From positions 1 to 64,000 of IMG/VR virus record IMGVR_UViG_3300025362_000004: 64,000 bases of DNA; one strand, given 5' to 3'. The DNA is from a virus. Shown in pieces: positions 1 to 14,907 of the stretch (within the stretch, counting starts at the first letter, position 1; each line of letters opens with the position of its first letter). Under the pieces are notes generated by a model. It was not told the origin of the DNA, did not search any database, and saw only the letters and a program-made list of their open reading frames with translations. The translations under genes and the position numbers were made by a program.

Positions 1-2120
1 ATACTAGCTGTACGAGTAGCTAATCCTATTCCCATTGTACTCCAACCAACCCTATATGCAAAATAAGAAGATGCGTTATTTGATGTTTGCCCCTTTATTT
101 TAAAAGTCATTACATAATCATGTTCAAGTATTAAAGCATAATCATCTAAATATAATCTCATTCCACCTCACATAGTCCTTCCTGCTGGTGTTGGATAAAT
201 AAGATTTGCTGGTCTATAAATTCTATAACCATCGGTAGTTAATGTGACTAAGCAATTTGATTGTGTGTAAGAAGATAATCCATCTTCAAAAACTTGATTA
301 TTTATTGCATCATCTAATAACTGAGCTTTATTTTCATACTCATAAATTTCATTTATAAAAAAATTCCCTTGATTATCTAAACTTGCTTTACTTTTATATA
401 AATTTGATATATCAGTCGAAGATAATGCTGTAGAATATATCCTTACGTCATCTAAATCTGCATCTATTCCTCAAGTAGTATTAGCGTAAGCGCCAATACC
501 TAAATCTTCAGTATATCCACTTGGAGTACCACTATAAGAAAAGTTTAATTTTAAAATATTATCTATATATAATTTAGCTGATGATATCCCATCATGAGTA
601 GCAACTACATGATTTCATACACCTATTGTAAGACCTGATGTAGATGATTGAGATTGAGTTGGATTCCATAACCTATAATAAATTGAAGTACCATTAGTAT
701 AAAGTTCTATTTGACCACCTTTTCTAAAAATGGCGCCAGTTGCTGCAGAATTTGTTCTAATCCAAAAAGATATTGTAAAAGGTAAATTAACTCCTATTCT
801 TGGTAATACAGAAGCTCCAAGTGAAATAACTTTACTGCCTGATGAACTTCCTCCGATACCATTAAAATACAAAGTATTACTTCCTGTTTTTGAATCTGAT
901 ATTGTCACAGGGCTTGTACTTACTGCAACTGTTCCATTATTTCCATAAGGACTGATATCTTGTATTCCTATATTTCTAGTTGTTTCTGTATAAGAAGAAG
1001 CATATTCTCCTATTTCTCATTGTGCTCCTGCTCAAACAAAATACCCAGCAAAACTACCATCAATTACTCCATTTTTATAAGGATAAAAATATCCAGTCAT
1101 ATTACCATCAGATATAGCCTTTCTAGAAACTTTTTGTCAAGTTCCTTTTTTAGTCATATCATATAAATAGGTAAAATTAGCATCAGCCTCACTTCCTGTT
1201 TCTCCTTCTATTGTTACTCTAGAAGCATCTATATCACAATCTTCTGAAACTAATAACCATGCAGAGTAAGTTCCGTACTCTCCAGAAGCTGCTCCAGTAA
1301 AAGACATTCCCATGTACCCATAAGAATTACCACTTCAAGTAGAACTTAAAGCACCAGTTGTAAATTTATATGCTCTGGTATCTTTACCTATTAATTCATA
1401 TGGTAAAAAACCCGTCCAATCTTCTCTCGGTGTTCTAAGATTAGAAGCGCTAGCCATATCTCCATAATAATTTGTTGTAGCTTGTTCTTCAGGATTATTA
1501 AAATTATAATGTAAAACTTTTGCTTGCGCAATCAAATATATCTGTTTATCTGAAAGAACTTCATCATAAACTCTCACATCATTTAATTTTCCCTGATAGT
1601 TTCATTCAGGTGCAGATGAATCATCTGTACCTATATTCAATCCTCCAGTCCCGCCTGTTTTATCTCAAATGGTGCTGGTTTTAAATATTCCATTTACATA
1701 AATTTTTACGAATCCATTTATTCTATCAAAAACTCCAGTTATATGATTCCACTGATTCACTAACCCTGTTGATTGAGCTGAAACAGTAGGGTTATTATTT
1801 ACTGAAGCTATTGCAGTAGTACCGTTTATATATATACTTATACCAGTATAAACGGGAGGATTGAGACCTATAATCTGACCACTTGTTGCTTGTGATGCTC
1901 AACCCATAAGGGTGTAGGATTTATCCACTGTCGTAGTAATTGGTGTGCTTATATATAAAGCCGCGTTACTATGCACATAACTATATAAATTATTTATTAA
2001 ATAAGATGTACCTATTTTTCCAGTTTCACCTGAAGTACAACTATGATTTGTTGCATGGTTATTATTGCCACTTATATCGTTTGTATTTCCATCTAATGGC
2101 CAATGTGCTATTAAACTCAT
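1..2120 (-). CDS. LamG/concanavalin-like repeat virion protein (receptor-binding/fibre-associated), runs off the left edge; TGA=Trp
   Basis: ORF pieces 1899-2120, 1335-1577 and 615-908 share one frame and each ends at TGA. Motifs HWPLDGN, *NHVVATHDG, LNDVRVYD and LDDVRIYSTALS are typical LamG repeats. Confidence 0.8.
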
Positions 2121-2255
2121 TTTTTCACCTTCCTTCAGAAGTAAAGAAAATACTTCTATTTTTTTCTTCTGCCTTTCATTAACGAAGGCGGCGATACGAT
2201 AAATATTATGCGCATCGCCGCTTTAGTTAATGGGGGAGTTAGATTCCCACCATTT

Positions 2256-2657
2256 TTAACTAAATATAAAATCTAAACTTAATGTTGTTGTATTATATTT
2301 CATTTGTACTGCGCCTGTTATAAACCCATTCACTCCAGCTGTTATTCCACCACTTGCATCTCTATAGGGTATAGTACTTGCAGTACCAGCTACAACCGCA
2401 TTAGATGTAACCGTGAATGTTGTTGCACTACTTTGATTTGCTGTAAATGTGTCTGAACCAGAAAGTCCCAACCCCGATACATTCATAGTTAAAGTAGCAT
2501 TATTAACAATTGGTAATTCAGTATACTTTGCTACTCGAACGGCCGCATTATTATCATCACCGTATCATAGTAAATCTTGAGTAACTCCAAGCTCACCATG
2601 TAATAGTGAGCCTGCTGTATTACTATCTGTTTTTCTTTGTATTTTTATTGTTGCCAT
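2256..2657 (-). CDS. small tail fibre-associated protein (TGA=Trp)
   Basis: ATG at 2657 (MATIKIQRKT) is in frame with ORF 2256-2486 through internal TGAs. The N-terminus resembles that of the adjacent fibre gene. Confidence 0.65.
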
Positions 2658-2669
2658 ATTATTTCCCCC

Positions 2670-4709
2670 TTATGACCAAGTTCCGCCATCAATAGTTCCT
2701 TCTATAATGTTTGCTGTGAATGAACCTGACCATGTTAATTGACTCGTTCCTGCAGCTGGTGTAGCATCTGAGCTTAAATTGCCAGAAACTGCTGCTACGA
2801 ATCTTTTATATGAACCAGCAGTTATTGAACCATCTAAGATATCATTTCCTAATGTGAATACTGTTGGTATTGTTGGGAATGTTGTCCATACTGGCTCTGC
2901 AATGAGTCCAGCTCCTGCTAAATATTTACCACTTGTTCCTCCTATGCCTGGTGCATAGAATGTTGGTGATGCATTAAGGATATTATTCATTGTTATAGCG
3001 TTTGCTGTATACCCACTTGGGTTAGTTGCATTATATGGTGTGAAACCTAACGCACCAGTAATATCAGCGCTTGCCAATGTTAATGCATGGCTGTGCGTTC
3101 CTGTAGCAACTGCATTTGTTGTAGAACCTGTTACCGTGCTTGGTGTACCCATAGTAATTGTTCCACTAGTTGTGAATGTAGTGAAGTCCATACCATCTCC
3201 GAATGCTACTTGAGTTACTGTACCTGTTGTTGAACTAGTTCCTGCTCCGATTGCTGCTCTAAACAATGCTTTTGTATATGTTGTTATAGTATTGTTATCA
3301 TTAATACCAATGAAACTTTCCACAGAAACATTAGTTAATTTAAGTAAATTATAACCTACTGTAGTCGCACCATGGACTGCTGTAGTTGTATTTTGTGAAT
3401 GTGTATATGCTGTATCTCATTCTGTTTGTGTTACTGCTGCTGCTGAGATTAAACCACTTAATTTTGTTGCATCTAATGTTGAAGCTGCAGTTAAGTAGGT
3501 TTGTAAATCTGAAATATCGTCTTCTGTTATTGCTCTAAAATCTGGTATACTTGCGGATGTTCCTGCCATAAGTGCGTGTCTTGCTGTTTTAGCCGCATAA
3601 GGATTCTTTGTATCTCCGTAACTATCTGATAAACTAATAACTGGTGCTGTAGTCCCACTTGACACGACTGGACTTGTTGCAGTTACTCCGGTTACTGTAC
3701 CTTGGGGTATATCCGGAAATGTTGTTCATACAGGCGCTGTAGTAGTTCCTGCAGAAGCTAAATAACTTCCTGACGCCACTGCTGTACGTCTGGATAAAGT
3801 AGTTGCTGTACTTGCGTATAACAAGTCACCAACAACATAAGAACCTTGTCCTGTACCACCATAACCTGCTGCTATTGTACTTGCAGTTCAAGTACCGGCT
3901 GTAAGTGTTCCAACACTTACTATAGACGTATTACCAGCTCAAGTAGTTGATGATTCGTCGGCCATCGTTCCTAAACCTAAATCTATTTTTACATTCGCAT
4001 AGGTTCTATGTGTAACGCTGTTATCAACATTTGTTCTAAGATAACCAAGAGCACTTGGATTGGTTAAAGTTGCGAGGCTACTACCAATTGTAGTGAACTC
4101 AGTGTTAGTTTGGAATGTTTCAAAATCTGCGATATTAAAAGCGCTATTGTAATCAACCATTGCCATTACTAAGTCTCCGACTTGTAATACACCTAATCCC
4201 GTATTAGTACCTGCTGAACTTACTTTAAAAGCTCAACCTGCTGAATACCCTGTAAGGTCACCGCTATTTGATATAATTTTCCCATCTAAAGTAGGGTCTA
4301 CAAGTGAAGTAATAACTCCTGTGAAAGTCATTGAACCTTTTAATACTACAGCATCTGTTGCTGCAGCTACGCTATCTACGTAAGCTTTATTTGTTAAATC
4401 ATAATCTGTTGATGGTGTTAAAGCAGTTCTTAAATAGCCACCCATTGCATAATATTTTGTAGTACCAGCCGCATTAGCAAAAATAACACTCTGAGTTATA
4501 TCATTTGTTAAATATTGAAATGTATTAGCTTGACTAAAATTATTTATATCATTTTGTGCTGCAGCGAATTTAGCAACTACCGAAGCTACTCCGCCAGAGT
4601 TTGGTCCTCATCCTAAAAAAGAACCAGATATCCCAAGTTCTCCTTCGTATAATACATCTGTTCCTATGGTAGGATTTCCAGTTTTTCTTTTTACTTTTAT
4701 ACTTGCCAT
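2670..4709 (-). CDS. tail fibre protein, about 679 aa, Gly/Thr/Ser-rich (TGA=Trp)
   Basis: ATG at 4709 (MASIKVKRKTG) has a GAGGTG RBS. ORF pieces 4233-4445, 3939-4166, 3417-3665 and 2670-3323 share a frame and are split at TGA. Fibre-like motifs include NKAYVD, GTVTGV and ALGFTPYNATNPSGY. Confidence 0.75.
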
Positions 4710-4722
4710 TTAATTCACCTCA

Positions 4723-5118
4723 TTATCAGCCACCTACATCTAGTACGTCGCTTGTTATCCATGTTGTTGCACTATTCACTAATATCTGTCCATCTGTCCC
4801 ATCGGGTAATGAGCTTCCACCACCTGAAATTAAATTTGGAACTCCAGAAGCATTATAATAATAAATACTATAAGTACCACTAGTGTTTAATATAACAAAG
4901 TTATTTGCGAATGAAGTATTTGTTGCCAATGTGTCAGTAGTTGTAATCAACTTGCTAACGATAACAGCACATCTATACCCCCCTACATCTTCGTAATACA
5001 TACCTTCGTCTGTAAAGAATTTCTGTCCAGCAGAATATGGATAGAACGGTGTTCCGTCTGTTACTGAGAAATAGTAAACAGAACTTTGCGCTATTCGTTT
5101 TATTAAATTTTTTGCCAT
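4723..5118 (-). CDS. virion/tail fibre-associated protein
   Basis: ORF with RBS and an upstream sigmaA-like promoter. Ends TGA-TAA; contains LPDGTDGQIL fibre-like motif. Confidence 0.55.
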
Positions 5119-5243
5119 ATTCTCACCTCTTTAATTCATTATAACATAAAATTGAAAAAATTACAAATTATGTTACCGTTTGAATCGAAACATTTCGGCC
5201 ATTATAGCCGCAATGTTCCCAATCAAGCGGGGGGATTACTCCC

Positions 5244-5486
5244 CTACTTTACTACGTGTTTTCCAGTAATTTCTTCAATGTGCTTAGCTGTACCAGCCGC
5301 ATTATATAACCAATCTTCTAACATTTTAAGAAAACTAATTACAGTCGTTGGCATACCAGGTATTAAACCTAAGATAAGCCCCAACACAGAAACGAATGGA
5401 ACGAGAACATTAGTAATTGTATTCGGAATTTCCTTGAATATAATTAATAATCTCTTTTTGAACTTTTGCCATTTTGTCATTTTCAT
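5244..5486 (-). CDS. putative holin-like membrane protein
   Basis: 80 aa with a basic N-terminus and one hydrophobic segment; GGAGG RBS; lies at the end of the tail genes. Confidence 0.45.
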   Translation of the reverse strand: MKMTKWQKFKKRLLIIFKEIPNTITNVLVPFVSVLGLILGLIPGMPTTVISFLKMLEDWLYNAAGTAKHIEEITGKHVVK

Positions 5487-5501
5487 TCTAATACCTCCGT
5501 A

Positions 5502-8174
5502 TTAAACAATGCCGATAAGTAATTTCTCTAACATTGCTATTGTATTTTTAATTCTATCTACTGTGAGAGATATATTTGAACTATCTCGCAAGCTTCTAGA
5601 AATTGCTGTTACTTTTAATTCATTTAGAAAAGCGGGGATTAAATCTAATTCATAATCTTTAACTGAAATAAAATCTCCAACTTCTATTTTATCAATTTCA
5701 ACCCCGATAATATCACTAATATCTAAATAAGTTATACTATATGTATCTTGAGGATTAATATATTTTGCATGGTATAAAATTGCTTGATTATATAAACTTG
5801 CTTGGTCTACTTCAATATCATTTTTATAATAACCCTCAAGTAAGAATTGTCCATAGTCTCTCTTAATTTGATACCATAATAGATTTTTTTCTGCTTTTAT
5901 AGTTGCGTATTGAGTTATTAAAGGAATGCCACCAGATGGCGTAGGGTCAACATATCCATCTTCATATTCGCTAAACAATAACCATAATCAATTATAAATT
6001 CCCATTTTTGATGTTTCATCTGTATTATGTATAAAGGGGTCAAGGTCTGTAGACTCATCATGAGTCCATGTTCCACATTGTAATGTTTTATCATCATAAT
6101 CTGTTTTTTTATTCGTATATTCCGCATCTAACAAAATATATAATTCAGTAGTGACACCATGAGCGGCTTCTTCTGTATCTCTTTCCGCTAGAGCGCTATT
6201 TCGTGCTTCTTCTATTATGTCTCTTTCATCTATTAATTCTACTAAATAATCTCTGTGTACTGCTAATTTCGCAGCTACTTCAGTGAATCCATTATAACTA
6301 GTCACTAAATCAAAATAATCATAGTAATCTTGGTCAGCAGTAGTATAATTAATAGAAAGTTTAGTCCAAGCTGCGGCTATAGTAGTACCAATAGTTAATT
6401 CACTACCAGAGCTCGTATAAGGGCCTCAAACTATTTGATAAACATAATATCTACCTTGGTCAACCATATAAATACCGTCTCCAACAGTATAACTACCAAA
6501 ACTCGGAAGTGTTGAACCAAGAATTTGTACGGCAGTCTCTATTCATGGTATTCGAACTCAAGCATCTATATTTTTTAAAGATTTATTTTGTGATGTTATA
6601 CCACTATTAGTAATTATAGCATCAGGAGTCACAGGGCTAGTCGCAATCCCCAATTGTATTGTAAATTGGTATCTAGTATCTGGAGTGCCTGATATTTCTA
6701 TTGTTTTTGATATAAGACCGCTTGAACTAGTTATACTTGTGTATCTATCATGTTTTGTTAAATTAATATCTAAATCAAAACTATATTCAGTTGGGAAATA
6801 AAAATTGTTAATATCAAATGTATCGGGCGTAATTGTATATACCCATTTAGTAGTGTATGAAATATCAGCTCTTAATCCATATGCATCAGTAAAATCTACT
6901 TCAACGCCTATCATAAACAAATCATCTATTTTTTGTTTTGAATTTATTATTTCTTCTCCTGTTTTAGCTTTCACCAAAATTTGACATTCAGTTAAAATCT
7001 GAGACTCAATATTATAAATATCTGACGACATGGTATATTTTTTTCTAATTACATCTTGATATCTGATATTAATTTTTCTTAACTCATTAAAAATTTTATC
7101 AAACAAATCATTGTTATCAGCCTCTGTTATTAAACTATTTTCTAAAAAATAATCTAAATTTATAATAAAATTATCTAAATAGGGAATCCTATCAATAATA
7201 GCGATTAAATCAGTATAGTCACCTTCTATACCTAGGTCGTCTCATACACTTGAATAATACCCTTCATTTGGTGTGTCTTTATTCGCTCAGTCAGCATAAG
7301 TTACATCGCGAATTCCGGTAGGTGGAGCTGATTCTCAGTCTATATTAAGAAATTCTTGTGGTAAAGTCGGGGTCAAACCAACATTCAATCCATAGTCATC
7401 TTCGCCTCCAGTCACAAATAATAATGAATATAATTGTTCTCCATTGTAATCTAATGAAAGGTCTTGTATATTTATATTCGGTGATAATTGATAATTTTTA
7501 TAAAAGCTATCATCATCCCTAGGATAATAAGTTACTGATAAAGTAGTTGAATAATAATTTATTTTCATTTGAGTATCTGTTAAATTTGCTAATTCAATTA
7601 ACGCATTATATGTATTTGAATCAGACAAACTAATATTAAATAAATCGGTATAAGTAGAAAATACTTCTCAACCATTAGTACTATTTCTTAATCCTCCTCT
7701 TTCTAATAAAAAATTACCTAAATCAACTATATTATTTGTTACAGTTTCCGCATCGAGTAAATCATTCCACTCTTCGTTCTCAATACTATCGAAAGTTAAA
7801 CCAATATTATTTCTTGTAAGAATATAACTAAAATAATCTATTGATGTTATATTATAAATTATATTTGAATTAGACTCTTGAGGAGTAATTGATTGTATAA
7901 TAAAATCTATATAATTATCTCCTTCATGATTCTCGCATTCAAGTCTTAACTTTCTACCAATTCTAAGGTAATCACTTATCTTAAATGTTGAGGAAAATCT
8001 GCTTGAGGAAGCTATATCAGAAGTAAAAGAAAATGTTAAATTGAATTGGTCATTTTCATTTTCTTCTAAATTTTCATTAAAAGTTATATTTGTATTAATA
8101 CTATCGGGCTCATATTGAGAAAATAGTATTGCATTGTTGCTATTGTCGTAAAGATAAAGTTTAAATCCTTTCAT
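5502..8174 (-). CDS. tail hub/Tal-like minor tail protein, about 890 aa (TGA=Trp)
   Basis: Five in-frame ORF pieces (7668-8174, 7335-7628, 6558-7106, 5988-6305, 5502-5978) are joined at TGAs. Follows the distal tail gene; C-terminal IEVGDFISVKD is typical of tail hub proteins. Confidence 0.7.
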
Positions 8175-8269
8175 GTGTTCACCTCGGCTTGCTTGCTATC
8201 GGATGCGGCGATTTGGTTCCCATTGGAGCCGAGGCGCCGCATCAGATAACAAAGGGAAAAGTCCCTAAG

Positions 8270-9475
8270 TTAAATTATTTCTCTTGAAATTGGAGTTACA
8301 GTAACATAATCTCCATTCATAATATCATAATTAGTATAGACTGCCTTTATATATATATTTTCTGAGTACTCGATCCCTTTTAATCAAACACTACTTACTT
8401 CAATAAATTCATTATTTTCGTCTAAACCTATACCATACTCTGTATAAATTGTTGCATTAAGTATCTGTGTAGTATAGACATCATAGCTACCCGATGCCCA
8501 AAAAATTCTAAAATCTGTAATAGTATAGTTGGCTCAAACTGCAGATGTTATAGGGTCCGTATCAATAATACCAGTGGAACCTATACTAAATCTATAATAA
8601 GTTCCACCGTATGTAGTCCCGTTACTAATATATACTCCTAATTGATATAAATCAGCTCAATCATCATAAGTACTTGTTCTTACAAGCCCGGGACCCTGTC
8701 CAAGAAAATATAATCCGTTTTCGTAAGCAGTCGTTTGTCCAGTTAATAAAATTAAATCACCTTCTTGGAGTTCGTAGCCATCATATACATCAAGTTCTGC
8801 AACCGTAGCTAATACAATGTTACTGTCTATTAAGACTTCAGCAGTATCATAATTATTTAAACTTCATGACACTTTGAAATAATTTGTTGTATTATTATAG
8901 TTATAAACATAAAAATATGTATCAATTGGGACTATAAAATTATTACCTTCTGAATTATTAATGTAGTCACCAGTAGCATCTCAATGTAATATATCGGGAG
9001 TATCTAAAGTCCCAATTCATCTAGCTGCTCAGTCATTCTTAGTAATAAAATTAACCGTCATGTCAACATTATATAACGGACTACCGCCATTTCAGTTTAC
9101 TACATATTTTGCTTCCGTAATAGAATTAACTTTTACATCATACCCATAATTAGCATTGTAATCGAAAGATAATACTCCTTCACCATTCCCATCTAACCAT
9201 CTTAATACATCTCTATATTCAGTTAAGGTTATGTCTTCGAAAGCAATTGGAAAACTAAACTCTCTAGCTTCTCTTGTCGTTCCTATAAAATAACTTTGAT
9301 TACCAAACTGGGGCGTTGTAAAATCGTGTGAGAAAGAAGGATTGAAAAATGTTAAATCAAGTCCCTCATTCACTACGAAACCTCCGAAATCGGCATTTAA
9401 TCTATAGCCGTCAAAAGGTGATGTTCCCGTATAGTCACTTTTCTTATAATTAAAACTTAAATAATTGTCTGCCAT
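8270..9475 (-). CDS. distal tail (Dit-like) protein, about 401 aa (TGA=Trp)
   Basis: ORF 9092-9475 continues through several TGAs to TAA at 8270. Directly follows the tape measure gene; contains REFSFPIAF and WLDG..GVLSFD. Confidence 0.7.
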
Positions 9476-9486
9476 TTACATCACCT

Positions 9487-12400
9487 CTATCGTTTAGTAT
9501 TCATATTTAACCCACGACGTGATATCGCTGTGTTAAATGCTTCTGCAAGAGTAACTCCTGCTGTTTTGAAATCTTGATTATTGTTTAATTTATTTGTTTG
9601 AATAGTTATATTTTCTACTACCACTGATGAACCACCTTTTCCGTCTATTGCAACTTTTGAAAGTATATCTCGTAAGTTTGCAAATAACTCAGTTTGACCT
9701 GCACTAAGAAAAGCTTCAGGATTTGAAGAAGTTCCGTGGACCATTGCCGGTCCAGTGTAATCAACTAATCCACCTTTTTTGTAAAGTTTTTTTCCATTTT
9801 GATATCTACCAACGCCATTCCAAAGAGCACTCGCTGTATCTTCAGCACTAACACTTGGGTCAAAATTGTTATTATTTCTAATCCAGTCTTTACCATCACT
9901 AGTTAATTCATTATAAGAGCTATATTGTTTTAATGCTTGTGTAATATTATTGAAATATTCTTCTCATTGACTCTCTTTAAATGCAATTGTAGCATTTTCT
10001 AAAACTGTATTTCCAAGAGTATCAAGATAATCCTCTACGCTCAAACCACTACTAGTAAAATCACTATAGGTCCCTCCCATTTCAGTTATTAAAGGTTCGA
10101 TATCTACTCTGTTTGGGTTATCTACGTTAGGTAGAGTTTGAGTAGTTGTAATCGGAGTTGTAGGATTATATACTTCTGGCAAGATACCAAATGAATCGTA
10201 ATTAGTTTGTTCAGTAAATGCAGTTCCTGCTCCGGGGTCTCTATTAACCCGTCCACCTTCCATTAACGGATTGACTGCTATTATAGGCTCAATTATATCC
10301 TCTCCAAGTGCAGTTAAACCAGCGTTGTACTCGTCTAATGTTATTCCTCCAGCTGCATATAGGCTATCTAAATAAGCTTTAGCTGCTGATACCCCTCCAT
10401 CTTCCATAGCTGTTACCATCGTAGTCGCTATGTTTTCTCAAATTGCTTCATACTCTGTTTTTTCAAACTCAAGTCTATCAAGTAAATCATCTCTAGATTG
10501 TTCTCTTAGAGTGTCTGCAGCATCTTCATCAAGATTAATTAAGTCTTTTCTTAAATCTTTTGCTTTTTGACGAGAGGCTTCATCAGTAGCTCCTTCAAGT
10601 CTTTGAAGTTGTTTAACTATATCTTCTCTTGTTTGTTCTGTATCTCTTTTTTCTTCTAGTCTGTCAAGAGCATCAAAGTAATCTTCATAAGTTTTAATTT
10701 TTTCATCTAGCATTTCTTCATTATTTTCTACTGCAGCATCTTTAACTGTAATGAAACCATCTATTATGGTATCTACATACTCTTGACTCTTAGTTTGATA
10801 CTTGTCTAAGTAATCTTCGTAATTACCCATAAGTGTTTGATAAAGGTCAATATTTTTAATAGTTACTACTCCATTTATTATTTCAAATATATCAGACATT
10901 TTATATCCACTATCTTCTATTGCCTTATTATATTCTGTCTTTAAATCGTTAAGATTTTCTTCAGTTTGTTTTATAGTTTGTCCTGTTGTAATAATTAATA
11001 AATTCATCTGTTTTTTAGAGATTTCACTATTTTCTATACCCATATCTTGTAACTTAGTATATTGTTTATATATTTCGTTATATTTAACTTGAGTTTTTGT
11101 TAACCCTTTTAAAGAACCATTATATGCTAAAAGCATTTCCAATCTTGTTATTTCTAATTGAATCCCAGCTTTTTCCTCTTCATTGACAACAGCTAAACTA
11201 GCTCTTAATACTAATAAATCAGATTCATATTGTTTTTTAATTTCTTGTAAATTTTCCACAAGATACAAACCTAAATCAGTTCCCTCTTTAAAGGCTTCAA
11301 CAAAATCTTCATTTTTGAATAAATCTGGATGGTCGTCTACGAAATCATAGAAATCTTCGTTAGACATTTCGCCATTTCTATACTTTTCTTGTGCTTCTGC
11401 GATGGCTGTAATTGAATTTTCAATCTTATCTAAAGATTGAGCTGTAGTTTTTGTACTTTCTCCCATAGCCATATTAAATAATTTCGCTCTTAAAACTTCA
11501 TCATCTGTTGCTAGTCCCAATTCTACTAAAGCTTGAGTATAAGCCATCGTAGGCCCAACCCCATCATCCATTATTTCAGAAGTTCTCTTGACTAAACCTT
11601 TAAAAACAGTAGTTGCATCAAGTTCATACTCACTTAATAATGTTTCAAATGCATCAAAAGTTTCAACGCTAAATCCAAACTCATTCAAGAAATCTCAAAA
11701 ATTATCATCTTTAGTTTTTGTTTTAAAGTTCTCATAAATATATTCTAAGTCTTTAAATTGTGTAATTAAAGCGTTAAAAGCTGCAGAGTCCAATTGTAAA
11801 TTTTCTTTTAAATTAGAAAAGATTTTATATTTATCAGACAATGATTCCGCTTCAGCCATTTTGTCTTCTAAATCATCGAAGTTCCCTATAAATTTACTTA
11901 TAACCGCCTCTATATTAGAATCAGTATATCATGCCTCTAAATCACTTTTAGTCATCCTACTATCTGTATCTAATAGTCCAGAACTTTCTATATATTTAGT
12001 TAATGCATTTTTTTGGTCTGTAGACATATCTTCGCCAGTATCCCATTCATATTGTAATGAAATATATGATGTAGCAGCCTTAGCAAATTCTTCTTGACTT
12101 AATTTTTCTTTCATTGCTTTATTTCATGCTCTTCTAAAAACTTCTGCCATATTCTCAATCATTTCTTGTTGATTGTCCCTCATAGCTTTGTTCAAAGCTT
12201 TCATTGTTGCATCCCAATCAACTTCGCCGTTTAGAGTAATAAAATATTTTCCATTTTCTAGGGTTTCTATTTCATCTCTTAATACTTCAAGAGCCTCTAA
12301 ATCTTCATCTGTTTTTATTGATTTCGAACTCAATTCATCATATTTATCAATTAGTTTTTGTAATGATTTATTTGTTTTGTTTAATTCATAGTTCGCTGCA

Positions 12401-14895
12401 GCCATTTGTTGAGAAAGCTTATCATAAGATATAGTCGCTTTCCCAATAACCTTTATTAACGCAATGACTCCAACTACTATTGCAGCTATAATCGCTATGC
12501 CCGCTAATACCATAAGGTTTCAAGCTAATTGAACCGCTATAGCTTTTATTTTCAATGCTATCGCTTTCTTATTAAGTACACTTTTTATTCTCTGAAGTCC
12601 TATATTTTTTATAGTTTGCAACGCTTGTTTTTTATCGGTTACAAGTTGAGCTTGGGCAAAGTATATACTCTTTATACTCAAGGCGACTGAAGTAGCCTCG
12701 CCTGCATTTTCTTTTGCCTTTAACATAATATTTACTTTTGTTCAAAAAGCTTTCAACTTGCTTGCCGCTATTAGACCAATAATTAAAGTCATCATTACTT
12801 GGCTTTGTTGCCCAAAAATACCAACGACCTTATTTAATCCATTTAATAATCCTGTGATTGTCTTTATGATCCCTATCATTAAATCGCTACTAGTAATAGT
12901 GGTAATAAACTTTTGATAAGCATTTTGTAAATTAGTTAATGCAGCTTGCATACTTTCCATGTATTCAAGATGTTGAGCGCTAGTAGCGCCAGCTGACGCT
13001 TCTGACTCTTCAACTAATTCTAATGTTCTATCGAAATTTTGGAATACAGCAAGTAAACGAGATTGTTGACGTGTACCAGCAAGCGCAACAGCTGTTGCAG
13101 CCTTTTGGTTTGTGTTTAACGTATCCCACGTTCCACCAACTTCTCTTAAAACTGTTTCCATTTCTCTAAATTGTCCATTCGCATCCATTAAAGAAACACC
13201 AATAGACTTTAATGCTCCCTCAACACGACTGACATCCATTCCATCTTCCAGTGTTTTTCCATAATCACTAATTTCACGCATACGCGCTAAAACTGTTTTC
13301 ATCGCAGTACCAATTGATTCTGGTGCTTCACGAGTTGTTTCGACACCTTTCGCAAGCATACCAAGTGCAAAGTCCATAGACAATCCAGCGATATTTGCTT
13401 GTGCTGCATATTTACTAAGACCAACTGCAAGTTCTTCATAACTTGATGCTGATGTTGCAGCTAAAGCCGCGAACTTATCTGAGACAGACAATGCTTTTTC
13501 AGCCGCTAATCCAAATCCATTAATTGCAGATGTTAAGTAGTCAGCTGATTCCTGCGCTGAAATTCCAGCTACACGAGCCGCCTTTGCCGCAACTCTTGTT
13601 AGGTTAATAACATCTGTTAAAGACTTACCTTGACGGAAATAAACCGTAGAAAGTTTAGCGATCTCAGTTGTAGCGAATCCAGTTTCTACAGCTAATCCTT
13701 GGAATGTTTCAATTAGCCCTCAAGTTTCTTTTCTATTCAGTTGTGTAACAATAGCCATTTCTGTTAAGGCACTATCTAATTCCTTAATAGTTTTAATTGT
13801 TTCTCGATAAACTCTACGTAATAATTGTATTGCTAAACCATAATTTAATATGTTTTTAGCAGCCTTACCAATTGACGTACTATTAGAAGTCGTTGCAGTA
13901 GTATTTTTATTAGTTAATTCTGTATTCTCTCTTGTTTTTTTATTTTTTATAGATTGTTGGTGATTGTATTCAGCTGTTAATTTAGATATCGCTTGTATAT
14001 TTTTTTGAATTTCAATTCCTTCGTTGCCCTTAATCCCACCTTGTGCTTCTTTTTCTTTCTTTATGGCAAGGGCAACTTTGTCTCGTTCGAGATTTGCTTG
14101 GTCTACTATACCCTGAGCTGCTGATATTTGTTTCCCTTTTTCTTTATAAGCATTTTTTCTATCTATAATATCCTTATCTTCTTTTGCAAAAAATGCGGCC
14201 GAAGCTTGACTTTCTTTTTCAAAAGCCACAGTTGTCATTTTTATATTGTTTTCTGAAAGTGCTAATGCTAATTCCTGCTCAGCAAGTGCTTTAGCTTTCT
14301 TAGTAACTTCCTCTCCTTTCCTTTGAGCTTCAAGAGTTTTTAAAGTTTCAATTGTTAAATTTTTCTGAATAGTCTCAATTTTTTCTTTCATAGCAACAGC
14401 TGTTGCATAGGACTTAGCTTTTTCTCCAGATGCACCCAATAAACCAGGAGACTCTTTATCAAAAAACTTAGCTTTGGCACTATCACTTGTTACTGTTTTA
14501 CCTTTCTTATCTGTTTTTAATCCGAAAGCAGTTTTACTAGAGTTCATTTTAGCTGCTTTTAACTCACCTACTACTTTTTTAATAACACCTTCAGCCTTCG
14601 CCATATCTGCTTGCAATTCTTTACTAACGGCACTCATCATGTGTTTACGCAAACCATCAGTAGTATTTAAAAGCTTTTTGTATTTAGCTTCCATTTGAGC
14701 CATTAATTCACTACTCATACCACCTTTATTGATAGTCGCTATTAACCCTTTCATTTCATTTTCTATCAATTTTATTTTTGCTTTAGCATCTTTGCTATTT
14801 AAAAACTTTTTAGAGGTTTTTAGAAGGTCTTTAATATCTTTTACACCGTCTACAACATATTTAAGTTTAACTTCTTGAACTATTTGGTCTCCCAT
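9487..14895 (-). CDS. tail tape measure protein, about 1802 aa (TGA=Trp)
   Basis: Eight ORF pieces lie in one frame, split at TGA. Contains a TP901-type core (SYEELAVGLSK...PESIGTAMKT), coiled coil, TM segments and C-terminal GGLVDYTGPAMVHG. Confidence 0.9.
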
Positions 14896-14907
14896 TTATA
14901 ACACCTC

